From: Phoronis australis
Taxonomy: Eukaryota; Animalia; Phoronida
Length of the DNA: 64,000 bases
Assembly (NCBI GenBank): GCA_002633005.1
Contig: NMRA01000363.1
Location: 1 to 64,000 of the forward strand
Reading direction: 5' to 3'
The translations under genes were made by a program, and so were the position numbers. The notes below the pieces were generated by a model. It was given only the letters and a program-made list of their open reading frames with translations. It was not told the DNA's origin and searched no databases. Of this stretch, positions 11,443-26,174 are shown one piece after another (the stretch's first letter is position 1; every line of letters starts with the position of its first letter).

Positions 11443-11631
11443 CCTTATTCACGCAGCTACCATTTTAAAAAAGCCTCTTTTTAAGTTTAAAAAACATGCA
11501 TCTGAGATGTAAATATACATATACATGTAACGAGGCACGCGGAAAATTGCGTTTTGCACTGTGATTGAATGCCTTGTTTTTTAAAACATAAAAGGAGGGT
11601 CTTTGTAATATGGCAGCTGCGTGAATAAAGT
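11443..11631. mobile_element. Small MITE
   Basis: TIR cttattcacgcagctaccat ... atggcagctgcgtgaataaag. Confidence 0.65.
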
Positions 11632-14540
11632 GCGTTATGTATTTATTTGTCTTAATCAGTTCAAATGAACAAACTTACGTAACAATTTGAACACGACAAC
11701 TTACTGTAATCGCCTTCTATTGAAACGCATCGGTGTAATTGTGATCCTGAAATTGGCACGCTTTTGTGCCAGGAAAAGTTCCGCGTTCTTTCGTCGTTTC
11801 AAAATCCAATTACACCATAAAAACCCTGAGGCAAGTGATTGGTTGTCCATATTTTTGTTGTTTTAGGTACAGACAATCCACTTGTTGGCAACTGCGCGTC
11901 TCTCAAGCTGTAGTGGACTTAAAAACAGTGGTGCTTCATTTATATTTTTTGATTTACAAATGTCCATTTTTGAATCAACACGTCCGATGTTCTATATTGA
12001 TATTCGTATTGATCCTGAGTTGATAACAGTTGCACTGTAAGTGTTTCTAATTTTTAATAAAATAAAAAACAAAAGAGTTGATATCTCAGTAGTATACATG
12101 TAATACCAACAAATGGGTTATATGACAATCAAAATTAATTCGAATTTCGGTTAACACTGATCTATACGTACAATAGCTTTCAGTTAGGTTTATAAAAGCT
12201 GAAATTTTTTTCAGAGTCGTATGAACAATCCTAAATTTCGAGATTTTGCGGATGCCTTGGGCAAACGCTTTACTCGCATGGACTGGCCTTACTATTTATA
12301 AGTTCCAAAAACGAAGAAAAATTAATAAACGTATAGTGATTCAGGATTTCGTTATCTTTTTATTTGTGATTTCCGTGAAATGACAGACGATCATTTTACA
12401 TGATTTGCACTCCATTATACTACCTACACTTTGTTACTGGTTGCTTGGTAACGGTAAACTAACGGCTAAAGGGGGCTGTGGCCTATAACGTCATAAGAAC
12501 GATGATTTTGTTGATGAATAAACAATCTATCCAATAAACGTGCAGGAGGAGGCTTGTTTGCCTCCGAAGAAAAGGTCGCACCGTGCTCAAAGCTAACTTA
12601 AGCACATGCATTCAGATATTTATTACTTTATAGCACCACTTATCAGTGACTATTTACAAAACATCAAGGAAAAAAAATGAAATAAAAGCACTTCACTTAT
12701 TAAAAATAGTAAAACATGAAAATATAGGTAGCGGAAACAACAGAATATAAAACAAGGAAAAAGGAGTGCACAGCATCAGTTACTTGGTGAGTTAGTCTAT
12801 CGAATAAATTTAACTACAGTACAAAAAACTGAAACAATCAATTTATTTAAAATGGGGAAAACTTAAAAACACCGAGAAATAAAACATGAATAAAATTTTT
12901 AAAACATACATTCGGAGGCAATGTAATAGGTTGTACATGCTTCTTTGGTTAATGTTGTTTTGTTTTATTTTTTCATGAACAATGTAAATTCCACATGTTT
13001 TTTCAACGATATAGCTGATTCCAAAGGAAAGGGTTAGATTAAAAAAACTTACTCTACTCGTTTAAGCCCGTTATGTAATTGACCTCGTTTGTCATAAAAT
13101 GCCAGGAAATGTACTTACATGTAAATAATATGGTCTAGTGCATTGGTGCGTTGGCGATCGTCCGTTTGCATGAAAATTATACACTGGATAGCGACGAAGA
13201 CACTGCGCCACCATGCGTCAAGTCGACAAAGTTGAACATTTGTCGTCTTGCAAAAAATGAAGTTTTATGCAAGCCAACAATGTCGAATGATTTTGGACCT
13301 GGTGAATTGCGTTTATCTTTAGTTTTAGATCTTGTGGCGTCTCTCGTAACTCTGTCAGCCTGTCTTGCAATCAAGCTTGAAATACGCACGTTGTATTTAG
13401 ATTTTACTTTCCTTGTTGATAGGTTATTGCAATAGTTTGGTTTGGACTGGCGGTGGCAATATCTCACGAAGATGCGCATGATCTCTCTAAATGGGCGCAT
13501 ACCAGGATGACCACACGTTGCTCTAAAAATCCATATTTATCGTGACTGCACAGCATAGTTGCATTAAACTAAAGAACTGCCTATGCACAGCAGAGCAAGT
13601 ACTTAAACGAACATTTCCATTGATTTTTTATGATGTATTTATTGAAACACAGTATGGGAGTGATGTTGTTTACATAATCGTCTCTTTAATTAATCCAAGG
13701 TTATAGATTTTGCAGACTGTGTGTAATAATGTTTGCTGTTGTTTTCATTTATTAGTTCTGCAGGTCGGTTTATAAAGCGTACATTTCATTGTTTAAACAA
13801 TAAGCTGGTCCATTCTTAAATGGTCCCACTTATTATCTCAGACTCAATTTGATTTTACAGGTACAAGAAATCTTATTTGCTCTAAAGCGCCATCATTGGT
13901 GGAAATCCACACCATTTCAACAAACCTTTATATTCTGTAGACTTTCTATTTGCATGTACAACTCATTGACTTGAAAAGATGTGTTGATACGCTGTGGGCT
14001 ATATCCATTGATTTTACAGCCATGATGAGAAAATCTCTCAATTAAAGTACTTGTTCGATCCTTTAATGTCAACACTTAACATAATGCCTGATCACTGTCG
14101 TTGTCTCATCGTCTATGAAACCCCAACAAAGACTTCCATCCCATAATTCAACATTCCAACCTGCCCAGCCAATCACATCCATGTTTATGTAGGCTGATAA
14201 TTCAAAGGTCCCCCCCCCCCGAGTACTTACGCGCACTCACCTTCCAATCATGCGGTAATTTCACGTGGTCTTACGTAATCATTCTATTTCGCAGTTGCCT
14301 CATGTCTATGGAACGCATTCCTGCCGTTTCTGTGCAAACAATAGAAAGCCTACAGTGTCACATTTCTAAACATTGGACATGCGCAATTCATTTTTTAGAG
14401 CTGATTCCATACGCATGAGACATTTAAGACACCGTTCCAACTAGAAAGATTCGTTTACGGAATAGAAAACCTGACTGTTTGCCGTAAGTCAAAGCTCTAC
14501 ATTGTAGCCTAGCCAACCTATCAGGTCAATACGGACAGAA

Positions 14541-14774
14541 GTGCTTTCCGTAGACGCGAGAACCTCACAGAAACGCAGGAATTAGCGAAATACCGGTATA
14601 GCCACGTAGTACAATCGCCGGAAGTACGAGCTCACACTAGCCTCTTTAGGGAGATTCTTGCGCTTACGAAACTCCACGTGTACCCAGTTTACGTGTATAC
14701 ACTAGTATGATTTCGTGTTTACCCGCGAAACAGTCGCTTGATTTTGCAAGAACTTCCTCCACGGAACGAACCCC
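14541..14774. mobile_element. Harbinger-like MITE of the TTCCGTAGACGCGAGA family (related pieces at about 16180-16232, 23050-23120, 41850-41900, 54570-54703)
   Basis: Shared terminal motif ttccgtagacgcgaga / tctcgcgtctacggaa recurs through the window. Confidence 0.6.
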
Positions 14775-16270
14775 TGGTCCATGGCCATGTATGTCCGTTG
14801 CTCCAACAGAAAGGGTACATTTCAGTGGTTATTTCTATACCTGGACGCTGACGATCTCGAAACAATTAACGACTTTCCAAAAATTACGTGCTTATTCTAA
14901 TTGGATACCTTCCATACCAAGAGTCATACTTCTTTAAAAATGTTTTAAAATATAACTCCTTGGTGATCACAGAAAACTATTGTGCGCATCTTGCTTTATT
15001 GTTTGTTGTCACGTTATTGTGTTTTTGTTTGTTTTTTTAAAGGCGACTTTTCCAAGTTTGACCTGAGTTGAGTCACGGCTGCCATGTACGTGACCCATTT
15101 TGCATGAAACTTGAAAATTCTATATCATATTGTAGTAGGTACAATCGGCAGGCTGGAAAATTTAGCAAGGCCTATTCGTTGAAAAAAAAAAAATGGCCGA
15201 GGTATTGATTTTGGACGATTGGATTTTTCGTCTAAATAGGCGTTGGTATTTTTTCTAGACACCCCATTGTACCTAATGTAATATACAGATAGAAAATTCA
15301 GGTTAGTGGGAAATTTATCAGGGATGTGACAGCCGCGACTTACCGTGCCGAACTTGCAAATCACGTTTAAGAAGAGCATATCACGTGACTACAAACAGTA
15401 AGCCATTATTTTCATGCGCAAAGTATGTTTGCGTGTTCATCAAGAATTTGAAAAATGCATGGTTTCATGTCTTGATGAGTTGTATTTTAGAATATATTTA
15501 TAGACGTGTGACTCTTGATAGTAAAGTTATCCAATTACCTTAAAGGTTTTCCACACAGATGCGCATGCGTGCCAGGCCCTCTAAAATCCTATCATAGTAG
15601 AAGACAGTGGCAGTTTATCCCTTTTACAGCATGTCATGGGGTTTTTGCATGTGTCCATTGATCATTTTTAGTTGTTTCCAAAAATGTTTTGTGGAAAACC
15701 GAAACTTTGAAAATGTTTACTGCTAGGAACAATTCAGCATTCATTCATGAAATGAAAATCTTACACTTAAGTTATCGCTAACAAACAAGAGGGGCTTCAC
15801 ATGCAGACACAGTCTCAGTTCACTCGACCTGAATGCATTACCACGTTATAAATCAAATCGGTGGTAAATTCTTAAAGGTGTCCGAGGTTCGTTCATGCAA
15901 TGAGTTCTGAGTTCGAATCTCCGGGCCATCAGGACGTTCAGTGTCGTCTCGCTCGTTACTTTGTGGGTATCGTCCAGTGTTGGCGCTGGGTGTACTTAAA
16001 TGGCTGTTTTGCGCTCCTTCACAGCGCCCTCGCTGAATTAAGGCACTGTGAATAATGTACTGCGGCTTACGTCACCTTCTTGTTGAAATTTAGACAAACT
16101 GGAAAGGCAGTTTGTTGCAAACAATCACAAGAAAATCAGATTTTCTCGGTCATGTGTTTCAATTTTAATGCTTCGAAAGATCTTGCGATGACTTGCGTTT
16201 TCGCGAGATTCTTGCGTCTACGGAACGCAGCCCAGGACTCCATAATAACATAAATTCGTTATTCGAGGAT

Positions 16271-16578
16271 TTAATCCTTTAGTTTATGCCACTGGGCGAT
16301 CTGTTTTCTGGGACAAGACACCACTTCATTCCAGTGATACAGTGCTTCGCCGACAGAGCGCGCCCCCATCTCTAACCGTCCAATAATCTCGTTTTTCGTC
16401 ACGCGGTCCCAGTCCAAGACATGAAACTCTAAACTTATGTTATTTAAGCCCTCGTCTCCTGGTAAATCGAATATGAACGATTCGTTGAAAACTGGATTTA
16501 ATGTGCGCTTTTTCACGTGGGTCTTCTTTTTTATCATTCGTTGTCCATCAAACAGCAAGTATATCTTCACGTATGGAT
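16271..16578 (-). CDS. Syt4: Syt4 last coding exon (C2B C-terminal part)
   Basis: Acceptor ctttttcag, G|AT = D of DPYVK, ends WHKLKD* at TAA. Confidence 0.95.
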
Positions 16579-19500
16579 CTGAAAAAGTTCATTTGAAAGT
16601 TTATGAAATATGCTTTAATCAGTGGTGCCTGTGGAAACAGGCGTAGCCATATTGTCGAGCTCTTCTGCTCCGTAACACTGTTGACGTTCACTGCATCAAT
16701 TTCATTTACAGCACCACCAACAAACGGTTTACGTGTAGGCTACCACACCTGTGGTAGTGGATCTACCATAAAGCTAGCGAAACTTACAAAAGAAAGTAAG
16801 TCATTTTTGGTTAAATTACGATTTTTGATTATCGTTTATCAATTTTAAAGTTAATTTAACTCTTTCAGGCTTTAATTAATTATGCACACATCACATCAGA
16901 ATTCGGACGTCCACAGCTGTAATTATTCTCCGCCATTTTTGTTTACAATGTAGGCCTACATGTATTTCGGACGTTGTTTGGCAACGGATCCCTCGTTGTG
17001 CACGTCAGGTTGTTTCAGTCAATTGCCTTTCTCCACCTGAGTCTTTAGTCAGTATGCCTGTACCGAGATGCAAGCATAATGAGCTCTAGAAGGATACGGG
17101 ATTTCCGTTTTACCAATTCCATAAGCCGGGATTGTCTCGTTCGTGTGATGAATGCAGAGATGACGTTTCACGCCACGGCTAAAGCAGTGTGAACATTTCT
17201 TACAGTCGGATTACGAAGGGGACATTTACGCACAGATTATGAAAATACCCGCTAAACATCGACGCGTTTTGTAAAAGGATGCCAAAGCGTCAGTATTTCC
17301 ATTCATTCTTTCGTCGTGATCTGCTAAAACACTTTTCTGAAACGCGAGACCTTGCGAGTTGCGGTCACTGTATTGACTCAAGGCCACGAAATTGGTCTCA
17401 CCCGATCTTGTGAACACTCACTGCAGCGTTCAAGGCCAGCAGCTATCACAACTTCGACATGTACAAGTGACCCGTGTTTCAACGCCATTTCCTGTCATTG
17501 CTTATCAAACAGTGGCTTACTGAACAGTGTTTTAGACCAACCTCAAGATGGCTCGAAAAAACTCGTCGAAGGCAAATTCTTACGACATTTTGTTTTGGAA
17601 AACACTATCCACAACGAATTGCCAAACAGACAGAACTGGTAACGTTCATGATTCGGACCGCGACCGTAATTTCCGTTGTGACATACACATCTAGATGCAT
17701 AGATATCGAACGGGGAATTAACTAAACTCGAAACATTATCTAGGATAACCAAAAAATCGCATTTCATACTAAGTGACACTAAAATGATTGCCTCACTCCT
17801 TAAGCTTCGACTTTCTAGTGCAGGAGTTGCTCCCCAGACTAATCAATGTATCGGGGTTTGTAATAATAAGAGATGGCCACTGGAAGGGGAGTGTGGCGAC
17901 CGTGGAGGAGTTCTTAGCTCTTCCTATAGCGGAGGTATCCCACTGCTGATTCAACTTGATGACTCAAAAATGTAATCCGCCTCTGTACAAGGCAAATACA
18001 AAACCCAAGTGTCCAGTTTCATGAAATCTGACTTGAGACTTAAGACCAAAAATTTGTCTAAATGAAGACCGAAATTCCGTCTCAGTTAAGACCGAAAACG
18101 AAATTTCGTGAACCTAAATCTGAATTTTGATCTTCGGTTTTAACTTATACAGACATTAAGTCGGTTTTTGACGTAGGTGATCACCAAATCTGCGCTTTCG
18201 CTGCGTGCTGTGACTTCACAAAACTAGCATGGCGGTGTGTAAAATAGGGTTTCAATATTGAATCTGTTCTTGAAGCTCTAAATGGGGATTTATTTACATT
18301 TTGGATACAATTGGGATATAGTGTGCTTGAGAAGACCCTTGTATGGCTAGAAAATTATCATTTCACATGCGCCGATGAATTGCACTGAAAATTGTCGGTT
18401 CTCAAATTGAAAGCAGACGATCTTGAATTTGACATTGTTTAGGGACATTATTGGTTACTTAGGCCAAAAGTCCAATTTCAATCCTACTCCGTAGCATCAT
18501 CTTTCGGACTTAGATGTAGCTTAAAACAGATTTCGGTCTTAAGTCGGCGTCTTAAAATTTTCATGAAACGGGGTTAAGACATTTTGTTCTGAAATTAGCC
18601 CGATTTCGGTCTAATTTAATAAAGTTTCTTGAAACGAACCTTTACAGGGATTTGCAAAAGACGGCTGTGACTTCGGAGGCCTGGACAGCTATCAAGATCA
18701 CTAAAGAAGGATTAGAATGCTAACCCCAACTATGTTGTTAATTCTCAGAATTGGAAAATTGCCTCCAGCTCGGGAAATGTGTGCACGTGCAGCCTACGGC
18801 GCTTTGAGCAGAGCCTTTCTCCTTTGTCTTCCAAAGGGAAAATCGCAAGACCACATACGACCTGCACTAACTTTAACAGTTGTCTCAGTTGTGTCTCGCT
18901 AATGAGTCTTACCTGACAACCCCGTTATGTCCATTTTGGGTAAGTTTCTCGCCTTAAGTATTACGACAGTGAGTCGGTTTGCGGCAGGCTGATAACAAAG
19001 CGACACCAACAGTTCCCCATGTCCCTGGCTGCGGATCTGAAATGACGTAACCTTTAGACGTAATGATGCTGAAAGATTGTTGTAGTCACAAGAAATGGTT
19101 CTAAGATGAGGATGCCAATGAAAGCATATTTTCAGTTTAATTCATGGTCACTAGAAGTGGACATCAATCCCTACATGTAATACCCCGCCACATGCTATTA
19201 CACATTCAGCGCCTCCCTGGGGAGATAAAACATTAAGCTAAAACACCTCATAGCTTTCGCAATTTAAGTGAATTCTGTGGTTCAGTGTGGGGGGATTTTC
19301 CTCGTTGCAACCGTCGACTTTCTCGCTTAAATCGCTTGCCTAGAAGACTTCGTAAAGAAAGGGTATTGCTGAAGTAGTGCTGCTGTGAGTGAAGTTGAAA
19401 TCTTGCTTAATCTCAAGATCGTGTCCGCGTGAACTTGGTATACACGAGGAAACTTGGCAAATTCCCTCAAACAATCAGGTTCACGTTGCTAAAAATTTGC

Positions 19501-22500
19501 ACTGCACTAAATCGAACTACATTTTAATAAAATGACACAGTTTTTAACCAAAATTCAACTATTGTCGATCTTATTCAACAAACAATAATTAACTTAACCA
19601 TTCACATATTCCTCCGATTCTTTGATACAAGTTACGTTATAGAGGGAAATGGGTGGTCATGAGGCTAATAATTACAGAAATTCTTTACACTGAAGTAAAA
19701 AAATTCCATCTGATTGCCCAAATGAATATTTAATTCCAAATTCACGCACACGCGATCTTGAGATTAAGCAGGATTTCAAGTTCACGCACAGCAGTGCCGC
19801 CTATGATTGTTTCGTTTCAAACATTACTAATCCCGTGCCAGTTTACCTGATTTAGTTGTTGTTTGAGGCCAGGTTCAACATGACTTGCCTTAACCCATAA
19901 TTTTGTATAACTCTGTCATTATAGCCAGTGCATATCAGTGGCGGATTTAGGGGGGCAAGGGGGCCATGGCCCCCCTAAAATTCTACCAGATACAATTTGG
20001 GAGTTCGAGTGCGCGCAAGCAGGGACTCGTCGGTTGTGAATAAACAAGCATAGGCCCTGAACAAACTGAACAAACCCCGTTTACCGTTTTTTTTAGTCAA
20101 CAGGTCCGCAACCCCAAACATTCGGGGCCTCTGCGTCCCCACATTTTAGGCTGGGCGCGCGCATCTGTCGAAATTCTAGTTATTCCCGTGCCCTACCCCC
20201 CCCCCCTAACTCACAATCCTGGATCCGCCCCTGTATATGTGTGCATAGAAACTAATAGCGCTTGTAGCATTCGGATCTAGCCTGCTACATTAGGCAAACC
20301 ATGTTTTTTCGGCGCACATAATGATTCGGTGTGTAGACCTTCATACATTGTAAATCCTGTAATCTGAGTAGGGAACAATTTGAGACCATGACCCGGGAAT
20401 GTATCTCCGAACTCAGACACGAATCACGTCGCATAGTTTGAGTATATATGTGTAAATTTATTCGAAGCGTTCCATAGTATTGCTCAATTTTCGAGAACAG
20501 AGATTACACCCGGGACCCATGCAAGTCTGCGTTAGGCAGGTTCGAGACACTTCCTGGTAAAGCCAATGTGATCACATGTTTCAAATGTAATGCATGACGA
20601 TAAATTGAGACGACGTGCATGATCTTGCTTTTCTCGAAAAAACTGACCTATAGTGCGTATTCCAGTATTACACCAAATCCCCCGCCACCCTGACGAGCTT
20701 GCCCTGTGGTCGCGACTAACAAACACACTGTGAATCGGAACAAAAGTGAAAAAATACACCCGGCAGCACAACAGGTGTACTGAGTACCAGGCTCTTGAAC
20801 GACCGTCATGTTCTCCTGGTGCAAATCTGACAATATTTACGCTCACGCGCACTCGCAATGTTTTTTGTTTTTGTGGCGTGCGTACATTCTCATTGCAACC
20901 GTTACGATTTAACAACGCATCCAGGAATTTTAAACGGATTTGTGAAGCGTTCTTTGAGATTGCGCGTTACCCACGATAGGTCTTTAGTTACATGTACGTT
21001 GTAATTAAATCTCACTTTAGCGAAAGGACAAAGTCTCTGAGAATATACCTAATAATTTCTAATTACTGTTATGAGATAGAATTACATGACTAAATTTGTA
21101 TGCAGTGATTGTAAAATGGGAGCGTAACACCAATCTTGTGACGAAAGTCTTAAGTCACTTTGCGTCAGACTCCTGCAGCCGATTTCATAAAGGTGGTTTA
21201 ACAAAACCAGGTTTAAGACTTAAAACCTGGTGTTCCTAAACTTGGTCTAATTTTAGACCTAACTTGCATTTCACCAACATGGTTTAAGAGTCTGGAAGCC
21301 TGGTTTTGCTAGACCAGGGAGCTGGTTCAGTAGAACCAGGTTTAAAGTATCAAAGGCACCCAACTGTGTCAAGCTGGGTAAACCCAACAAAGAAACTATT
21401 GAAGTGCTTCAATGAAACCTTGATCACGTGGGTATAGAATGGCATACACCAGTAGAATCAGTGCAGACATGAACGACAAAGGTCTAAAAGCTTTTTTCAT
21501 GAGGAAAAATGTTATTTGTGTGCCCAACACACACACATTAAAGAACATGCTGATGATTAGATGTAAAATGATAAATGCCCAAATTTATTTCCGTGTCATT
21601 TTAGTGTTTATTTTTCGCGGCCAAAGGGGGGGGCAAGACCCCTTCCCGGCAACATTGAATCGGAGAACAGTGGAGGTGGAACTCAGTCAGAAGAATCAGA
21701 GGATGCTGTCTTAAACAAAATCCGTAGGGCTTGCGACGATGAGACCTGCTCGACCAGTCGTATTCTGATGAATCCGCAGGACACACTCCAGCACGTACTG
21801 GTCTACGCATAGGCGGATCCAGGGGGGTCAAGGGGTCCGGAGCCCCCTTTTTCCCTTGATTTTAATGGTATCAAATCTATAATTTTCAAATTGTTGACTT
21901 GGTCCCCCTTTCAAAAAATCGGTGACCGTCCCCTCCCCTTTAAAAAATCCTAGATCCGCCCCTGCTACGTTTGATCTCGTGTCGTAGTAAACCTGAATAT
22001 TGGAAATAGTCCATTTTCGTTCTAAAACTGCGTCGCAATTGCACACCGCGGCATCGTTCAGTTGTACCTATACCATGCAAGTCTGACATATTTAACAGTT
22101 AAACCTGGGTCTGACCAAGTCTAAAGTTAAACATAGTTTTAGATCTTAATACAGGTCTAAAGGATATAGACCTCGTTGGTGAAATGAAAACTGACTTAGA
22201 CCAGGTCTAAACTGGAGTTAAACCAGGTTTTACAAGACCACTGGTCTAAAAGTTAAACCACCTTTATGAAATGCAGATTATCATTAAATCTGGTCTAAGT
22301 CCAGTTTAAACCTGGTTTAACTTTAAACCCCCTTTATGAAATCGGCTGCAGGGGTCGTCTACTCTATGAAAACTTGCTTAAGGCTTAAGCTAGAAATTTG
22401 GTCTTACGCTCTGCATCTTTAACTTTTTCGCGCCCACTTGTAATTTTTGAAAAAATAAATGACTTATTTTTCCACCTCCTGCCAGCAGCACAAAGCGAGC

Positions 22501-25500
22501 CGGGGAAATTTCATTTCGGTAAAGTTTTAGATATTCTCTCCAATTGCTTCTTCGCTGCACTGGTATTACGAAAGGACCCTCCCTCTCTTTTTTCCAGCTC
22601 AGGCATACATGTATTGTGCGATAAAGCGTTGGGAGGGGAATCGACCCTGAATGTGCTGGTCTTATACCGTTTAAATGTAGTGTGAGAGGCACGGGCAAGT
22701 AGAATTGAGGCCGCAGTTGCAAGCACGAGGCTTGTTGTGTCAACGGAAAGCTCACCGGTATGGTATTACTCTCAAGTCGGTCGCAGAGCTCTTGCCGGGC
22801 TGTCATGCTTTGTCGTAGACAACTATGCCCAGAGTGTGTAGCGGTCGCAACTGCGCTCATACATGTATACATGTACATATGCAGCGCTCTTACAACCTTG
22901 TTAGGTCATGGCGACCTTCTCGGGCTCTAGAGGAGGCCAACGGTACGTTTGAAGTCGCTTCATGGAGATACCAGTTTTTTACTTTTGATTATTCCAATTG
23001 GAGTGCAAACCTGTGTTCGTTGGCGTGAACACCTGTTTAGCTTGCAATGCATGGCGAAATCTCGCGAATTATTGCGTGATCTTTTGATTTCGCGAGTTTC
23101 CTGAAACTACGGAACCCAGGCTTAATCGAGGCATAGTGTGGCAGAGGTATAACTGTTACGGCAGACTCACTCAAAAGTTTTCAAAAATTCAATAATTGCA
23201 TTTTTACTGAACACGAGTTTCACTAATGTTTTTGCTTTAAATGTAATTTAAAGCATGTTTATAGACTAAAGCATGATTTTGCAACCATTTAAGTTTTGCT
23301 GCTTGGATTTCGCATGCATCGCACATTCTTACTCTTGCGAACACCATTTCAGAATAATGCATCAAAAACATCCCAGGGTCCATGCCTCCCTCAAAAGTTA
23401 CTTAATTTCTTTGGTTCCAACTCAGATTTCATCTTCCTTAAAAGATATGCAGTTCAAGTTCATAATCAGCTCGGAATGCTGGCCCTAAACCCAGTTAATA
23501 TTGTGTTTTAACACATGTTTACCACTGTACAGACCGTAGTACAATTTAACTTGGATCAATGGATATTACTTTTCCGCAACCCAATTTGTCTCCGGTTTGT
23601 AGTTGGAAATGAAATATTGTTTGAATAGTCGCCTTTTAAACTGAGGAAGCAAATATTCATCGTTGAAAATTTACTGAAACGAGCTCCAGGAAAGCCAGTT
23701 GCTCGCATGCATTATTAGCAATAAGACTCAGCGCTCATATCAATGATACACGATTGGGTAAGCTATGCCGTTCAATAAACCATCTATCGTTTTTAGTTCC
23801 TCATGAAAACACACGAACCGTGGTCACTGTTTATCTAATTAAGTTCAAAATCAATAATTATACTGGATTAAAATGGCGACATTTCCTGCAATTTACAATT
23901 AGAAATGCCGCGTCCACTGTAGTTGTTTCTAAGCAGGCTCAGCCAGCTGCACTGAACATCCAAGGCGAAATGTTGTCACGCTGCCTATTCAAGCGCCTCC
24001 TGAAGCCCGAATTAAATTAGTTAACGCATATTGAATCGTCTAATTGCCAATCTGACATCTTTTTTACAAAAAGCAAAAGATGTCGTTCAAAAAAACGAAC
24101 ACAATGCACTTGCAAGTCAAAGTGGAAATCGGGATTTATGTTTGACTTGCAAGCTTATTAATTGTATTTTGCGCATCTAATTAAAGTAACCGTCCGGCGA
24201 GACAGAAAATTTGCCAAAGAAAAATAATTAGGTAAATCAAGGATCAAGTTCATTTTTATTCTCGGATCTATCGTTCTTAACCCAATAACAACATGGTCAA
24301 GTAGAAGTGAACAAAATTTCGCATTTGCATCGCTTTTGCAAAACAGTACAGGGACGTCTTGCGTTCTGTTTCACAAAAGTAACTAAAGAGTCATGGAACA
24401 CGAAACGTTTATTACAGAGTTATTTACTTTCCCCGATGAGGGAATTTCCAAAAAACTCACGATTTTTGAAATACGCACGACGGAAAAACTCTGTGGTCAA
24501 CACAAGGTATTTAATCTTCCACCCGCTTATGATAAATGCGCGCGTGCGCTCGCATTGTCATTCGACAAACAGCTGACTGATAAGAATGATGTTAACGGCA
24601 GATTATCATGTGTGATCACACACCGAATCCGAGGTCGACATGCTGTGTGACGCAAGTCAATGAAGCAAGAGATTTCCCCAAGTGCATTTTAGAATATATC
24701 TGAATGCTATAATAGCGTTGTAACCTATGTTAAATTTCAATTTGTCTCTTAATTCAGGAGCTGCTTGAAATCGCCGTTGTTTTGTTTACATCAAATGTAA
24801 AAGGCCAAAAGAGGGAAGTGTGCTACTTCTATGATTTGCCATACCAAATAAGGAGACGTGCTTTGCGTTGTGGGAAAAGTCAACGAAGTTACGAGCAGCT
24901 GGCAAGGCGTTTTTGGAAATTTGAAACTAATAAAAGTTTTGACATCAACAGAAAGTCTTTATGAACAAACTGTAAAACTATCTGGTGAACACCATTAATT
25001 ATGTTTCAGTGACAGAGAACCACTTTCAATAATGTAATTCAGTCTGTTCCAGAGATTTGGCCTTATGCTGCCAATTCACAATTGATGAAAACGATTTAGC
25101 CAATCCAACTAATTGTGAGTACGCCACTGTCTTGAAAAGTTGTATATAAAATATCTCAGTAACACGTGTGTTTACATTTGCTCAAGTGAGATTTTATTTT
25201 TTCCAGAAATAGTTGTGTGAAGTGTCAAGATCAAATCTTAGACTCAAATCTTTTATGACTTTAAAGTCGCTTTTTACGAACCAGGCCTCTGGTGTGCGTA
25301 CAATGTTACAGCCTAAGAGCATTGCTGGTTTATTTAACAAGATCTTCACTGCTCTTAGTCAATTAATATACCTATTACGCGTTTAAAGCAAGTCACTATT
25401 TGTACAAAAATCTGATGACGTGCTAAACCACCCTAAGCACTCAGGATATTAAATTTACATTAACCGTTTAACCAAAGTGGATTTCCTCAAAATCAATGTC

Positions 25501-26002
25501 GCAATTTATGGTAAAACGGTTGGCGCTTTATATACGTAACACATATGCCCAAAAATGATGTAAAATATACTTAAAACGGCTTCGTACTTTTAAGGGAGTT
25601 CGACATAGTTTCAACTTATACATGACTTTTTTAATTTTATACTTTGTATTTTGAACTTTGCCAAATGCAAATTTGAAAAAATATGGGTTCACCAATGCGT
25701 TGTCTGTGGAATAAGTAGAAAACAGGTGTCTTATTAGCTTTACTATGCAAGTTGTTTTCTACCCATCTCTGATATATTGTGTCCAAAACGCAAAATAGCA
25801 ACAAAAATTTCCGACTATAGGCCCACCCAAAATACGTTCATGGGCGTATTTACATTTTCCAAGTACCCCCATAGGGATATTTTCGGTAAGCGTTTGCATG
25901 TTTTTAAAACCTGGTGGATTGTTCTGTTAGCAGTGTGTTTACTTAATGCGAGATAAACATTGAAGAATAAAAAAGACGTGTGCGTGTGTATGTGTGCGTG
26001 CG

Positions 26003-26044
<42 letters not shown>

Positions 26045-26134
26045 NNNNNNNNNNNNNNNNNNNNNNNNNNNNNNNNNNNNNNNNNNNNNNNNNNNNNNNN
26101 NNNNNNNNNNNNNNNNNNNNNNNNNNNNNNNNNN

Positions 26135-26174
<40 letters not shown>

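Noticed and set aside
24393-24650. LFTFPDE...KLCGQH, a THAP-like fragment
   Set aside because: The N-terminal Cys pair and the conserved Trp are missing; too weak to call.
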